DNA of 64,000 nucleotides from an uncultured Candidatus Saccharibacteria bacterium (GTDB lineage Bacteria; Patescibacteriota; Minisyncoccia; Phycocordibacterales; UBA2100): NCBI GenBank assembly GCA_964462785.1, contig CAYWZA010000001.1, positions 1,144 to 65,143 of the forward strand, read 5' to 3'. Shown piece by piece: positions 54,940 to 64,000 of this stretch (position 1 is its first letter; each line of letters starts with the position of its first letter). The notes under the pieces were generated by a model. It saw only the letters and a program-made list of their open reading frames with translations, ran no database searches and was not told where the DNA came from. The position numbers and the translations under genes were made by a program.

Positions 54940-55136
54940 AATTGGCTGTCAGATCGCTGTGAGAATAGTTGAGGATAGCTTGGCGGCTTTTTTGCACGAC
55001 GCACAGCAATCGCGACACTGATGATGCTCACGCCAGCAATGATCATAAGAACCGCATCCCATGTATTGGGAAATCCCAGGAATGGCAGAAAGGCTACAAA
55101 GGTGCCGAGCAACATGAGTAAAACATCTTTGCGCAT
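54936..55136 (-). CDS. Small membrane protein (hypothetical, ~66 aa)
   Basis: Two TM helices (LLMLLGTFVAFLPFLGF…VLMIIAGVSIISVAIAV). ORF extends to 55262; I prefer the MRKDV start. Confidence 0.35.
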   Translation of the reverse strand: MRKDVLLMLLGTFVAFLPFLGFPNTWDAVLMIIAGVSIISVAIAVRRAKKPPSYPQLFSQRSDSQL

Positions 55137-55206
55137 GCATACAGTATATTGTGGATGATTGAAAACGCAAAAACCGGCACGCGAACGCATGCCGGTTGGA
55201 TCAACA

Positions 55207-55416
55207 CTACCCTTTAAGCCATCTGCACCACGCAACGCCTGCCAAAGCACAGAACAGCACAACGAGCCACCCCTTAGGCTGCGTGAGTATGTTAACGACT
55301 ACATCAATAAATGACTGCCCTGACGGGAACCATCCTGCCAGATACACAGACCCTATGATGACAAGAAACCATCCGACAGTTGCCCACATGACGTGCAGCA
55401 CATCTTGGATATTCAT
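55207..55416 (-). CDS. Small membrane protein (hypothetical, 69 aa)
   Basis: Two hydrophobic helices (WATVGWFLVIIGSVYLAGWF … WLVVLFCALAGVAWC). Confidence 0.35.
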   Translation of the reverse strand: MNIQDVLHVMWATVGWFLVIIGSVYLAGWFPSGQSFIDVVVNILTQPKGWLVVLFCALAGVAWCRWLKG

Positions 55417-55458
55417 TTTAGCACTCCTGTTTTACCTAGAGCCATGCTAGCGCCCCCG

Positions 55459-56139
55459 CTACTTTTCCGCAACTATCACGACAAATTCCCCTTTTTGCTT
55501 CACGGGATCCTTGGTAAGGATTGCGGCAAGTTCTGAAGCAGTACCATTCAGAACTTCTTCGTGCATTTTAGTGAGCTCCCGAGCAAGTATCAGGTGACGC
55601 TCCCCGATTGCTGATTTTAGCTCTTCGAGCAACTTCATGATGCGATGGGTAGATTCGAAAAGCACCACAACACCTTCGTGATCTGCAATGCGCTTGGTGA
55701 GAGTCTGCCTTCCTTTTTTATGTGGCAAAAATCCGAGAAACAGAAAGTCGTCTGCAGAAACACCGGCAATGGAGAGTGCAGTAGTAAGCGACGAAGCGCC
55801 GGGAATTGCCTCTATGCGGCAGTTCGCTGCGCGAACTGCCGCCACTAATCGCGCTCCCGGATCAGAGATGCTCGGTGTGCCGGCGTCGCTTACCAAAGCC
55901 ACCTGCTCTCCACCCTCAAGGCGCGCAATGATCTCCTCCAGACGCTTCCCCTCTACATGCGCATCGAGTCGCTCGATCGGCGTGTGAATATCATAGTGAG
56001 ATAAGAGATTTTTCGTCACCCGCGTGTCTTCCGCAAGCACTGCGTCTACTTCCCGTAATACCCGCAGCGCTCGCAGCGTAATATCCTCCAGATTGCCTAT
56101 CGGAGTCGCGACAACGTACAGAATGCCCATTTTTGACAT
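55459..56139 (-). CDS. rsmI: 16S rRNA (cytidine1402-2'-O)-methyltransferase
   Basis: LYVVATPIGNLEDITLRALRVL…AEDTR is the canonical RsmI N-terminus; tetrapyrrole-methylase fold; 226 aa. Confidence 0.9.
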   Translation of the reverse strand: MSKMGILYVVATPIGNLEDITLRALRVLREVDAVLAEDTRVTKNLLSHYDIHTPIERLDAHVEGKRLEEIIARLEGGEQVALVSDAGTPSISDPGARLVAAVRAANCRIEAIPGASSLTTALSIAGVSADDFLFLGFLPHKKGRQTLTKRIADHEGVVVLFESTHRIMKLLEELKSAIGERHLILARELTKMHEEVLNGTASELAAILTKDPVKQKGEFVVIVAEK

Positions 56140-56170
56140 AACAAAATGATTATGCTACAATTCACATCGG

Positions 56171-56437
56171 TTGGCAAGCGCGAGGAGAAGCGCCGTGAGA
56201 GAGCGAATTAAGTACGCACAAGAGAGTTGTTCCTTGCAAGAAAGTTCTGAAGTCATCAAGGAGATGATCAGCAGACGCAATAGGAATTGGAAGGTAGCGG
56301 GTATCATTCCCCTGTGTGCGATTCAGAATGGTGCCCTCATACAGACTGAACAAGTTATGATCTTTTTCCAACGTCCTGCAATCACGTTGGGAATGGACGA
56401 AACGGGTGAAATTGTCCCGATAGAATTAGACGACTGA
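56171..56437 (+). CDS. Small hypothetical protein (88 aa) followed by a strong intrinsic terminator
   Basis: ORF divergent from rsmI, ending 12 nt before a GC-rich hairpin plus T5 terminator. No family recognised. Confidence 0.35.
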   Translation: MASARRSAVRERIKYAQESCSLQESSEVIKEMISRRNRNWKVAGIIPLCAIQNGALIQTEQVMIFFQRPAITLGMDETGEIVPIELDD

Positions 56438-56449
56438 GGAAATCCTCAT

Positions 56450-56479
56450 CGGCGGTCGCTTCGCGACCGCCGGTTTTTC
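56450..56479 (+). terminator. Rho-independent terminator
   Basis: CGGCGGTCGC-TTC-GCGACCGCCG followed by GTTTTTCATTT: a 10-bp GC stem plus U-tract, immediately after the 56171..56437 ORF. Confidence 0.7.
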
Positions 56480-56638
56480 ATTTGGAGCAACCGCGGACGC
56501 ACAGGTTCGCGCGAGCATCGCGCAATGCGTCTTCATGCGTGAACTACTGCCGCAGTGGTGATACACATCCAAGCCACCTCCGTATGTCGTGCTCGAGAGA
56601 ACCTGTGCGTCCGCGGTTGCGATGCTATATTGGCAGTA

Positions 56639-58051
56639 ATGCGAACAGCACATTTCATCGGCATCGCGGGCGTAGGGATGAGTGCAGCAGCGATACTGCT
56701 CAAGGAAAGCGGGTGGGTCATCACCGGCTCAGATGATGCTTTTTATCCTCCCGTGTCCGACTACCTCGCACGCGAAGGCATTACCATTCACACCCCCTAC
56801 GATCCAAAAAATATCCCAGAGCATGTCGATCTCATCGTCATAGGCAAAAATGCGAAACTCACCCGCGCAAATCCGGAAGTGCAGGCAGCGCATGAGCGCG
56901 GCGTGCCAATCAAAAACTTCGCAGAGGTTTTGGGCGACATGCTGAAAGGCAGAGAGCCCATCGTCGTTGCGGGAAGTTTTGGCAAATCCACCGCAACTGC
57001 ACTCATGGCATGGATTTTATTCCACGCGGGCAAAGACCCGGGATATATGGTGGGGGCTATCGCTCACGATTTACCCCGCACATCCCAGCTGGGTACGCAT
57101 CCGGTGCTTGTCATTGAAGGCGACGAATATCCGTCCGGTCACGATGATCCGCGCTCAAAATTTTTGCACTACCACGCACATGATCTGCTGCTCACCTCCG
57201 CAGTGCACGACCATGTAAATATCTTCCCTACCCACGAATCGTACCTTGCCCCCTTTAGAGAACTCATCGCATCAATCCCCCCCGATGGATTGATTGTCGC
57301 CTGCGCCGACGACCCTCACGTGCTCACGCTACTTGCTGACACAAAGCATACACACATCAGCTATGGTATATCCGCGGAAGTGGAGTGGAGCGCGCGTGAT
57401 ATTTCGTATCACGAGCATGGCGCAACATTCACACTCACGCACAATGGAGACGACGTGGTTCGCGTCGAAACATCACTCCTCGGTACACACAACGTCCAGA
57501 ATATCATTGGCGTCGCCGCACTGCTCCTTGAAAGGAAATTAGTTACCCCCGCAGAAATCGCCGCCGCAGTTTCAAAATTCTCCGGCGTCGTCCGCCGTCT
57601 TGACCGCAAAACCACGCAGTCATATATTCCAGCATTTGAGGGATTCGGCTCTTCATATGAAAAAGCAAAGACGGCGATTGATGCACTCAAGCTCCATTTC
57701 CCGACACGTCGTATTATCATTTTATTTGAGCCTCATACCTTCAGCTGGCGCAATCGCGCTATGCTGCACTGGTATGACACAGTATTTGCCGGCATTGAAC
57801 AGGTGCTCGTCTATCCCCCCGCCACACAGGGCGCCACAGCACACGACCAAACAACGCTCGATGAGATTCTCGATCGCATTCGGGCATCCGGCGCTGATGC
57901 AACGCCGATAGATTCTTTTGAAAGCGCGAAAGACACTCTGCGAAACATGCTCACAGAAAACGATGCGGTCCTCTTGCTTACCTCGGGAAATATGGGTGGA
58001 ATGATCCAGTCCATCCCCGCATGGCTCGACCACACATATACGCGTAGCTAA
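56639..58051 (+). CDS. Mur ligase family protein, MurC/Mpl-type (UDP-N-acetylmuramate:L-Ala or murein-tripeptide ligase)
   Basis: HFIGIAGVGMSAAAILL (MurC/Mpl N-domain), GSFGKSTATALMAWIL (P-loop), VIEGDEYPSGHDDPRSKFLHY (Mpl-like block). The ORF begins at 56555; I prefer MRTAHF at 56639. Confidence 0.75.
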   Translation: MRTAHFIGIAGVGMSAAAILLKESGWVITGSDDAFYPPVSDYLAREGITIHTPYDPKNIPEHVDLIVIGKNAKLTRANPEVQAAHERGVPIKNFAEVLGDMLKGREPIVVAGSFGKSTATALMAWILFHAGKDPGYMVGAIAHDLPRTSQLGTHPVLVIEGDEYPSGHDDPRSKFLHYHAHDLLLTSAVHDHVNIFPTHESYLAPFRELIASIPPDGLIVACADDPHVLTLLADTKHTHISYGISAEVEWSARDISYHEHGATFTLTHNGDDVVRVETSLLGTHNVQNIIGVAALLLERKLVTPAEIAAAVSKFSGVVRRLDRKTTQSYIPAFEGFGSSYEKAKTAIDALKLHFPTRRIIILFEPHTFSWRNRAMLHWYDTVFAGIEQVLVYPPATQGATAHDQTTLDEILDRIRASGADATPIDSFESAKDTLRNMLTENDAVLLLTSGNMGGMIQSIPAWLDHTYTRS

Positions 58052-58085
58052 ATGCGTGCGTGTTTTATTGCGGCTAGCGAGGGGC

Positions 58086-58116
58086 AAAATGCAATGCGCA
58101 GCTTTGCATTTTCTCC
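58086..58116 (+). terminator. Putative rho-independent terminator after the Mur ligase gene
   Basis: AAAATGCAA-(9-nt loop)-TTGCATTTT followed by CTCC; the 9-bp stem is AT-rich, so moderate. Confidence 0.4.
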
Positions 58117-58205
58117 GAGCGACGACGCAATGCAGGTCCAATACCACGCCGCTCTGCGGCGTGACTGAGTGAGTGAAACGAACTCCGATGATACCCCGGG
58201 GACCT

Positions 58206-59636
58206 TCATTTGCCTATATTCTTCACCCATCCGAAGGTGCCCTCGAAGTTTTCGAGAATGATATCGATGATGCTCTTTTCCTTTACGGGGGTGATGAGCA
58301 CGAAATCTTCCGACTGCGTCTCATTTTTCGCTTCATCCTCGCACTTCATCCAGAATTTATACACTGTTGCGGGCGCAAAACCGACGATGACCTGCGTGTG
58401 TGCGGTGGTTGGATTTGGCTCTTTCGGCAGCGCCTCTCCCTCATCCCCTTCCTGTCGAATGAGCCCTTGCGCATAAAATGCTTGGCAATACGCCGGCTCA
58501 TCAGTCTCCCATGAAAGTATCGTCTGTATTTTTGTATCCTCTCCGGGGAAGAGCGTCGATTCATTTTTTACTTTTGAAATTGCCGGCTCCACCACATCGC
58601 GAATGGTGATGAATGAAAATGGCTCGCTATTGATGGTGTCTCCTCCCTCGTTTGTTGCGGTGATCACCACTTGATAGCGCGAGCCGAAATCAAGATCGGC
58701 AAGTCGAATGCTGTGGTTCGTCGTGTATATCGGATCACCAACTGATTTGGTTGCCTTGGTGCGCATATTTATATACTCAACAGTGCCTTTCGCCTTCACG
58801 TCGCCCGTTGACCAGCTAATCGTTGCTGAATTTTCCTGTACACGACTCACCTTAATATTGCTGATTTTTGGCAGTATCGAGCGTGTTTTGAATGTATCGT
58901 CCTGTGTTTCAGCGATAAGACCCAACTGATCCTCGGAAAGTACTTTGAAATGGTAGGTTGTTGTTGGATCGAGACCGACCACCGTCACGGTGTGTTTGGT
59001 GACAAGCTCTTTCGGATCGCCTTGCGTGATTGTGTATGGGTCCTTGCTCCCCGCACTGTACTCTCCCTCTGCAGCTAGATAGACAACCGAGCTTGATTCC
59101 CGATCGGTGGTCCACAATATTTCCGCGCTGGTAGTATCGGGAAACACTTTTGTTGCGCCGAGAATCGTCGGGGGCTTCAGTGTGTCGGACACTTGCTCTT
59201 TCGCTTTCTCAAGAATTTTTTTCAACTCCTCAGGATCTTCAATCTTTTCAATTTCCTTGATTATTTTCTTTGTCTGCGCCGGATCGTTGTGAGTTGTTGT
59301 AAATGTAAGTCCTGCGGTCGCGCTTCTATTCCCCTTTTCATCTGCAGAAATAACGCGAAAGAAGTAGGTGGTCGCCGGATCGAGACCGTCAATGACAAGC
59401 GCGTGCGTCTTTGTATCGTATTTTGGATAACGCACGGTGCCCACATTCTGATCAAGACCGTAATTAATCGTGCCATCGGCGTTGACATCAGTTGTCCAGT
59501 TAATGACGGCGGCGTTGTCGGTGGTCGAAGCAGATACGTTTGAAATCTCAGTCGCGTGCGCACTCTCTACCGCTACTACCCAGAGCATGAGTGTGCAGGC
59601 AAAAAGATACGCGCCTATAGGTAGACTGCGTGACAT
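58206..59636 (-). CDS. Secreted protein with multiple fibronectin-type-III-like repeats
   Basis: Signal peptide/TM, then four repeats of the pattern …ISNVSASTTDNAAVINWTTD…TTYFFRV… / …SAEILWTTD…TTYHFKV… / …ATISWSTGD… (FN3/PAP-N-like). Confidence 0.55.
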   Translation of the reverse strand: MSRSLPIGAYLFACTLMLWVVAVESAHATEISNVSASTTDNAAVINWTTDVNADGTINYGLDQNVGTVRYPKYDTKTHALVIDGLDPATTYFFRVISADEKGNRSATAGLTFTTTHNDPAQTKKIIKEIEKIEDPEELKKILEKAKEQVSDTLKPPTILGATKVFPDTTSAEILWTTDRESSSVVYLAAEGEYSAGSKDPYTITQGDPKELVTKHTVTVVGLDPTTTYHFKVLSEDQLGLIAETQDDTFKTRSILPKISNIKVSRVQENSATISWSTGDVKAKGTVEYINMRTKATKSVGDPIYTTNHSIRLADLDFGSRYQVVITATNEGGDTINSEPFSFITIRDVVEPAISKVKNESTLFPGEDTKIQTILSWETDEPAYCQAFYAQGLIRQEGDEGEALPKEPNPTTAHTQVIVGFAPATVYKFWMKCEDEAKNETQSEDFVLITPVKEKSIIDIILENFEGTFGWVKNIGK

Positions 59637-59683
59637 ACATCTATTGTATCAATATTTTGGTGCCCTCTTCCCGCTATGCACGA

Positions 59684-60031
59684 CTACTTGCCATCCAAGT
59701 GTCTCAAATACCAAATCAGTATGAGAAATACCCCGATCACGACGAGCGCAATCTCAAAGCCATTGAAATAGTAGTAGGTTGCGGGACGTGTGCAGGAAAG
59801 GTAGCTTGCGGTGTTGCCATCACAATACTTGTCGCTTTCAAAATTAAGCAGACCGACGAGAGTGAGTGCCGCGCCTCCGAAAAGCTCGGCTTCACGGCGC
59901 ACAATAACGCTATATTCCAAAAACACATCGACGCCACGATCGATACTATATATAGAGAGTAGCCACAGTAGTCGCGCCAGACGGCGGGCGCGTGCCCATA
60001 ACGCCACACCCCACCTCTTTAAAGCGTCCAT
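59684..60031 (-). CDS. Hypothetical small protein with C-terminal TM helix
   Basis: 115-aa ORF co-oriented with its neighbours; C-terminal FEIALVVIGVFLILIWYL. A competing 110-aa plus-strand ORF (59630..59962) cannot be excluded. Confidence 0.25.
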   Translation of the reverse strand: MDALKRWGVALWARARRLARLLWLLSIYSIDRGVDVFLEYSVIVRREAELFGGAALTLVGLLNFESDKYCDGNTASYLSCTRPATYYYFNGFEIALVVIGVFLILIWYLRHLDGK

Positions 60032-60058
60032 GGAGATATTGTACTGTGCATACGCATG

Positions 60059-60715
60059 CTAGTAAAATTGACTCAATTCTCCCTGTAATTTTTCAATCCG
60101 GGCGTTGGCGCTTTCGAGGTCGCGATAGAGATTGGTGCGGCGGTCGAACTCCTGTTCGACAACCGGTATTTGGTCATTGAGTTCCCTGACATGTGCGTCG
60201 GTCAACTTCCCCTCGTCTTTGATAATACGCTTGAAAATCTCGGCAGTATGAAAATTCGCTCTATATGATAGACCTCGAATGTCCGCGATAATGCCAAAAC
60301 GCTCTCGCGCAGCCGCGACGATATCTGCGCGCGTTGCCCACAGGGCATATGCTTCCATCCGCATAATCGCACCCTCCATCGATTCGCCCGCCTCACCTAT
60401 TGCATCGATCTGTAGCTCCATACTATCGAGCATACTGAGTCCGCGCTGCGCAAGTGCGAGACGCTCGGTATTACTAATGCTGGTATCGCTGAGCGCGCGT
60501 CCAAGTGTTTGGTTCAGCTCTTTTCGAAGCGGATTATCTTTAACCGCCGGTATCAGCGCCGCATTGCCATGCACTGCAGCACGTGCCGCATATGCGTCAT
60601 AGCTTTTGGCAAATTGAGTCGCTCTATAATATATGTACGCTCCACACCCCAGTACCAACAGTACCCCAAGACCGGCAGCATATTTTTTGTTCGCCACAAG
60701 TGCATTCATGCGCAT
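60059..60715 (-). CDS. Hypothetical membrane-anchored coiled-coil protein
   Basis: N-terminal TM (AAGLGVLLVLGCGAYIYY) followed by a helical, charged domain; no family recognised. Confidence 0.4.
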   Translation of the reverse strand: MRMNALVANKKYAAGLGVLLVLGCGAYIYYRATQFAKSYDAYAARAAVHGNAALIPAVKDNPLRKELNQTLGRALSDTSISNTERLALAQRGLSMLDSMELQIDAIGEAGESMEGAIMRMEAYALWATRADIVAAARERFGIIADIRGLSYRANFHTAEIFKRIIKDEGKLTDAHVRELNDQIPVVEQEFDRRTNLYRDLESANARIEKLQGELSQFY

Positions 60716-60739
60716 ATATTAAATGAGTACTAGATTACA

Positions 60740-63700
60740 TTAATCAGACACCGCTTCAAAATAATTCACTCCGTTCTGTAAGCCCGCGCCCGAGCCAACA
60801 GGCACGTTAAGACCCCAGAACACGTCCTCGGTAATCGGCGACGTGGTTGCTGTTGGCTTCGGCAAATCAACTTCCACAGGGGTGGCGCTGCCGGTTAATG
60901 CTGTACAGATGGAACAACTTGCGTACGTAAATGTCGAGGTGGCAAACTTCTGCTCACCGACTGCAATTGGAGTACCGCTGCCGCTCAGGCTCGTCCCAGA
61001 GAGCCGAATATCAATCGGGGTGTTTCCGGTATTGGTGACAACGGTTTGCGCATTAGTAGCCCCCGTGTCCTCACCCACATAGAGATCAGGGAATGCAATG
61101 TTTGTATTCACCGAGAGCGCGTAGAGGGTGAGGAGATCGACGCTCGGTGATGTTTCTACGACATCGCGCCCTGTTGAGTCCTCAATTTGCACCCGCGAGA
61201 ACCAATTTTCTGCTGCGTACGTGCTGCCCACATCGGTCGGCTCCGCAATATATTGTATGTTGGCACGGCAATCGAGTGTGCAGGAATTGCCGGAACAATT
61301 CGTGAATGCGCATGCCGACGCTGTCGTCGAAGCGACAATTTGATAGCAGTTATTTTCATTCTGCGTACAGGCGGCGCCTCCGCTCACCCCCGAGCGATAC
61401 ATGGTGGATGTTGCCGATGTGAGATCAGCGTATCCATTGAGATCGGTCACTGTTCCCGTTGCGTGAATAGTGGTCGAGGCACCCTCGGTGAGCGTGATAT
61501 TTTGTAAACTATTGAATGTGAAGTTGCTCAGAGTGGGCGTATGCGCGATAGACATCTCGGCGACTTTTGAGTAGTTGTCGAGATTTTGTGCGCCGTTTCT
61601 CACACGGAGACAGTAGGCGCTTGCACTTGCGTTATCAGTCATTTTGATCACATATTCGACTTCAGTTGCTGCTGTTCCAGCAATGGTGGAAGATGCGGTT
61701 TGATTCGATGTGTCCTCAACCATCTTTCCGAGCGAGAAACTCAGCGACGCGGGGTATGAAAGGAGCCCCGCGGTCGTATCACCATCAGCGAATTGTGTTG
61801 ATGTTGCCATACATACCGCCGAGCTACCGCAGCTTGCATAGACAGGCACATCGCTGTAGTTCACATCAGCAACCGCCTCACAGGAAAGTGCCGCACCTTT
61901 TTGTGCAAATTGCAACCGGAAGAGCTCGTTGAACACTGCGGCAGCGCCGGTATTTTGCACCGAGAAACGTAAGCGGGTGTTTGTGTTTGCTGTAAGCGCC
62001 GCTACCGTGTCTTCAGCAGCCATCCACGTAGCGCCGCTATTCCCCTGCTCCTGCCCAAAGACATATGTCGCATCACTGCTGATATAATCACGCACGCTGT
62101 AGAAATCCCATCCTCCATGCTGACCCCAGAAAGTGAAACCCACACCACCCGCCGACGTATAGGTGGTGTCGTTTGAGCTCAGTGTGGTGAACACCGAGCC
62201 GTTCGCATCATACACAGTGACATCGATCCGCGTTCCTGAGCTGCGCCAATCAACCTCCACTTCATACCATCCCGTAGTGAACGTGACGGCACTTGAAGTA
62301 AGCGACGTACCACTACCATCGTTGCTCGTCACGTTCTTTGCCAAGACAACCGCCTCCGAGGGGAATTGATCGAGACACACCGCGTAGTTCTGCCCGGATC
62401 CCTGCACACCAAAGAGCGTACAGGGCTCATCGTCCTGCGTGGAATCCACGTAGGTGAAGAAGCGTATCGTGTCACCCGTCCCACTCGGATCCGTGAGCGA
62501 TCCTGTCTGCCGTATGCCGTTCGTGGTTTGCGCAGTGGGATCAGGTGACGCATCGAGACCATACGTGTAGTTATGGGCATAGGTTGTGCCTACCGCAAAT
62601 TTGGCGGTATCGCTTCCCGAGTATTCGGTAATTCCTGCATCCTCAAAATCATCGAAGAACTGGAATGTGGTGGTGCCTGATCCGGTGTTCGCGGCACTGC
62701 CGTTTCCGTAATACATGTACACAGTCGCTGATCCTGATGCGGGCAATGACGGCACCTTGACCCACATGGTCGATGAAGCGGATGCTGTGTAGCGCTCACG
62801 CCAGAAGTTAATCGACGTGGTGCCGGATGAATCAGTGAAGCGGAGATCGTCGAAGTCGCTTTGCATGTCAGCATCGTAGTCAACGACCACTTTCACCGAA
62901 AGATCGGTATACGAGGTTGCAGTGTTATTGGTGATGCCGATCTTTTTACGCTTGCTCCACGAAGCGTCGTACCACTCACTCGAAGGTGCTCCCTCGCCAC
63001 CATCATCATTGCGCCAACGATAGTGTTCCTGACTTACGAACAAGCAGGAACTGTCGCTCCAACGAATGTTGCCACAGGCATCTCCCCCATCGCTGTCTTT
63101 TGCTTCGCCTGCATAATCACCGTGGTGACTCGTAAACGTCCACGCACTGGCGGGCGATCCGGTGCGCGTGACGTTGTAGCCGGACACAACGCCGCTTGAG
63201 GTCGCAAACCGCACGCTCGCGATCTGCTTGCTTGCGTTCGCATCAATGGTGGCGGCAGCTACCGTGATCATCGTGCCGTTTGCGGGCACCGACATTTCAA
63301 AGTCGCCGTTTGAAAGCGACGTCACTGTGGGCGAACCGGAAAGTGCAAGCCCATTTTGATCGAGGTTTCTAAACTGGTAGTACTGCGCGTTGAGCGTGCC
63401 CGCGGATACGGCAAGCGCATACCGACCGACGCCTTGGTTGTCGACCGTGGTTGTCGCACCTGCAGCTCCTACTATATTGAGTGTGCCGCCGTTGTAGGTA
63501 AGCGTTGACGAGGTCGCGATTTTCACATTGACAGTGCGCGGCGATCCGGAAATATCAGTGCCATCAAAATCAGTGGCGCGACTCCAGTAATCGGTGCCGC
63601 TGCTCTTGATGTATTCGCCCCAGATATAGAGATCGCCATCAACAGCAGAATGATCTTGCGAATACAGCGAGCTTGAAGAATCCACTGTGGTCACTGTGGA

Positions 63701-64000
63701 TGAAGAGTTCCACATACTGATGTCCGAATTTGCTCCGATCAAAAGTGTGCCGTATCCATCGCCGCCGGCAGATTTCGTATTGATACTCGTGGTGGTCGCT
63801 CCATTCAGATACAGCGTAGAGCCTGTCCATGTCGTCGCCGATCCGCCAATTGCATTGGTAAAGATACCCTGCACCTCAAGCGCTGTGCCGCTCGTGAGCG
63901 TGAAGCCCGATCCGGTGGTGAGTGTCATATTGTTGGTGGTCGTCGCGCTGTCCGTCATCGTCCATCCACCACCCGAACCATCAAGAGTGAGGTTGTAGAA
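60740..64000 (-). CDS. Very large Thr/Ser/Gly-rich secreted surface protein (beta-rich repeat/adhesin-like), 5' end beyond window
   Basis: >1070-aa ORF open to the window edge; it begins at 63958 in the track but likely continues upstream. Composition is dominated by T, S, G, A, N with repeated motifs such as TVTNTGNT and SGS.GT; occasional Cys pairs. Confidence 0.5.
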   Translation of the reverse strand, partial: FYNLTLDGSGGGWTMTDSATTTNNMTLTTGSGFTLTSGTALEVQGIFTNAIGGSATTWTGSTLYLNGATTTSINTKSAGGDGYGTLLIGANSDISMWNSSSTVTTVDSSSSLYSQDHSAVDGDLYIWGEYIKSSGTDYWSRATDFDGTDISGSPRTVNVKIATSSTLTYNGGTLNIVGAAGATTTVDNQGVGRYALAVSAGTLNAQYYQFRNLDQNGLALSGSPTVTSLSNGDFEMSVPANGTMITVAAATIDANASKQIASVRFATSSGVVSGYNVTRTGSPASAWTFTSHHGDYAGEAKDSDGGDACGNIRWSDSSCLFVSQEHYRWRNDDGGEGAPSSEWYDASWSKRKKIGITNNTATSYTDLSVKVVVDYDADMQSDFDDLRFTDSSGTTSINFWRERYTASASSTMWVKVPSLPASGSATVYMYYGNGSAANTGSGTTTFQFFDDFEDAGITEYSGSDTAKFAVGTTYAHNYTYGLDASPDPTAQTTNGIRQTGSLTDPSGTGDTIRFFTYVDSTQDDEPCTLFGVQGSGQNYAVCLDQFPSEAVVLAKNVTSNDGSGTSLTSSAVTFTTGWYEVEVDWRSSGTRIDVTVYDANGSVFTTLSSNDTTYTSAGGVGFTFWGQHGGWDFYSVRDYISSDATYVFGQEQGNSGATWMAAEDTVAALTANTNTRLRFSVQNTGAAAVFNELFRLQFAQKGAALSCEAVADVNYSDVPVYASCGSSAVCMATSTQFADGDTTAGLLSYPASLSFSLGKMVEDTSNQTASSTIAGTAATEVEYVIKMTDNASASAYCLRVRNGAQNLDNYSKVAEMSIAHTPTLSNFTFNSLQNITLTEGASTTIHATGTVTDLNGYADLTSATSTMYRSGVSGGAACTQNENNCYQIVASTTASACAFTNCSGNSCTLDCRANIQYIAEPTDVGSTYAAENWFSRVQIEDSTGRDVVETSPSVDLLTLYALSVNTNIAFPDLYVGEDTGATNAQTVVTNTGNTPIDIRLSGTSLSGSGTPIAVGEQKFATSTFTYASCSICTALTGSATPVEVDLPKPTATTSPITEDVFWGLNVPVGSGAGLQNGVNYFEAVSD

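Noticed and set aside
59630-59962. Plus-strand 110-aa ORF competing with minus-strand ORF 59684..60031
   Set aside because: Neither has family support. I listed the minus-strand ORF at low confidence because it is co-oriented with both neighbours and has a plausible C-terminal TM helix. The plus-strand ORF would be convergent/divergent with both neighbours across <50-nt gaps.
1-64000. Alternative genetic code (UGA recoding, as in some CPR lineages)
   Set aside because: Genes terminate at TGA where expected (e.g. 46431, 18692), and reading through gives only short nonsense extensions. Full-length conserved proteins (gmd, rsmI, asnB-like) are intact with the standard code.
1-64000. CRISPR arrays, tRNA/rRNA genes, transposases/integrases, prophage genes
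   Set aside because: I found no direct-repeat/spacer periodicity, no tRNA-like cloverleaf candidates in the few intergenic regions (10046..10119, 45588..45893 and 58052..58205 inspected), and no ORF with transposase/integrase/recombinase or phage structural motifs. The Pif1-like helicase and VirD4-like ATPase are isolated genes, not parts of an obvious mobile element.

Overview
This 64-kb window is almost entirely one surface-glycan/cell-envelope biosynthesis island in a compact, overlapping-gene bacterial genome. The gene content (many GT4/GT2 enzymes, lamin-tail-domain surface proteins, a Pif1-like helicase, a small HD alarmone hydrolase) fits a small-genome, possibly CPR-like bacterium, but that is inference. 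I saw no rRNA, tRNA, CRISPR array, transposase or integrase. About 60 protein genes are supported. They cover GDP-sugar chemistry (gmd, a GDP-mannose 3,5-epimerase-like enzyme, a nucleotide-sugar dehydrogenase, a Nudix hydrolase), a GT11 fucosyltransferase, more than 12 GT4/GT2/GT-C glycosyltransferases, several SAM methyltransferases including a sugar C-methyltransferase flanked by FdtA-like cupins, an MBOAT plus two SGNH-type O-acylation triad, a GtrA/GtrB/GT-C polyprenol-phosphate-sugar triad, and a few housekeeping genes (rsmI, a MurC/Mpl-type ligase, acpS, a Pif1-like helicase). The candidates for an undescribed system are as follows. (1) An SxtJ-like gene, a 49-aa DUF5989-like ORF missing from the ORF track, and a NodU/CmcH carbamoyltransferase fused to a methyltransferase. 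(2) An ACP-centred acyl-group cassette (AcpS, FkbH-like loader, ACP, MaoC dehydratase, SDR, AsnB-like amidotransferase) inside the glycan locus. (3) A TM-less VirD4/TraG-like ATPase with a long Gln/Pro-rich tail beside an anchored LTD+PKD protein. (4) A 990-aa secreted Zn-PLC/P1-nuclease-like protein with a lamin-tail domain. (5) Two short UDP-glucose-dehydrogenase-like paralogs that keep the catalytic Cys but lack the C-terminal domain. (6) A 21-bp inverted repeat present twice in short spacers between genes. All family assignments come from motifs read by eye; no database search was run.
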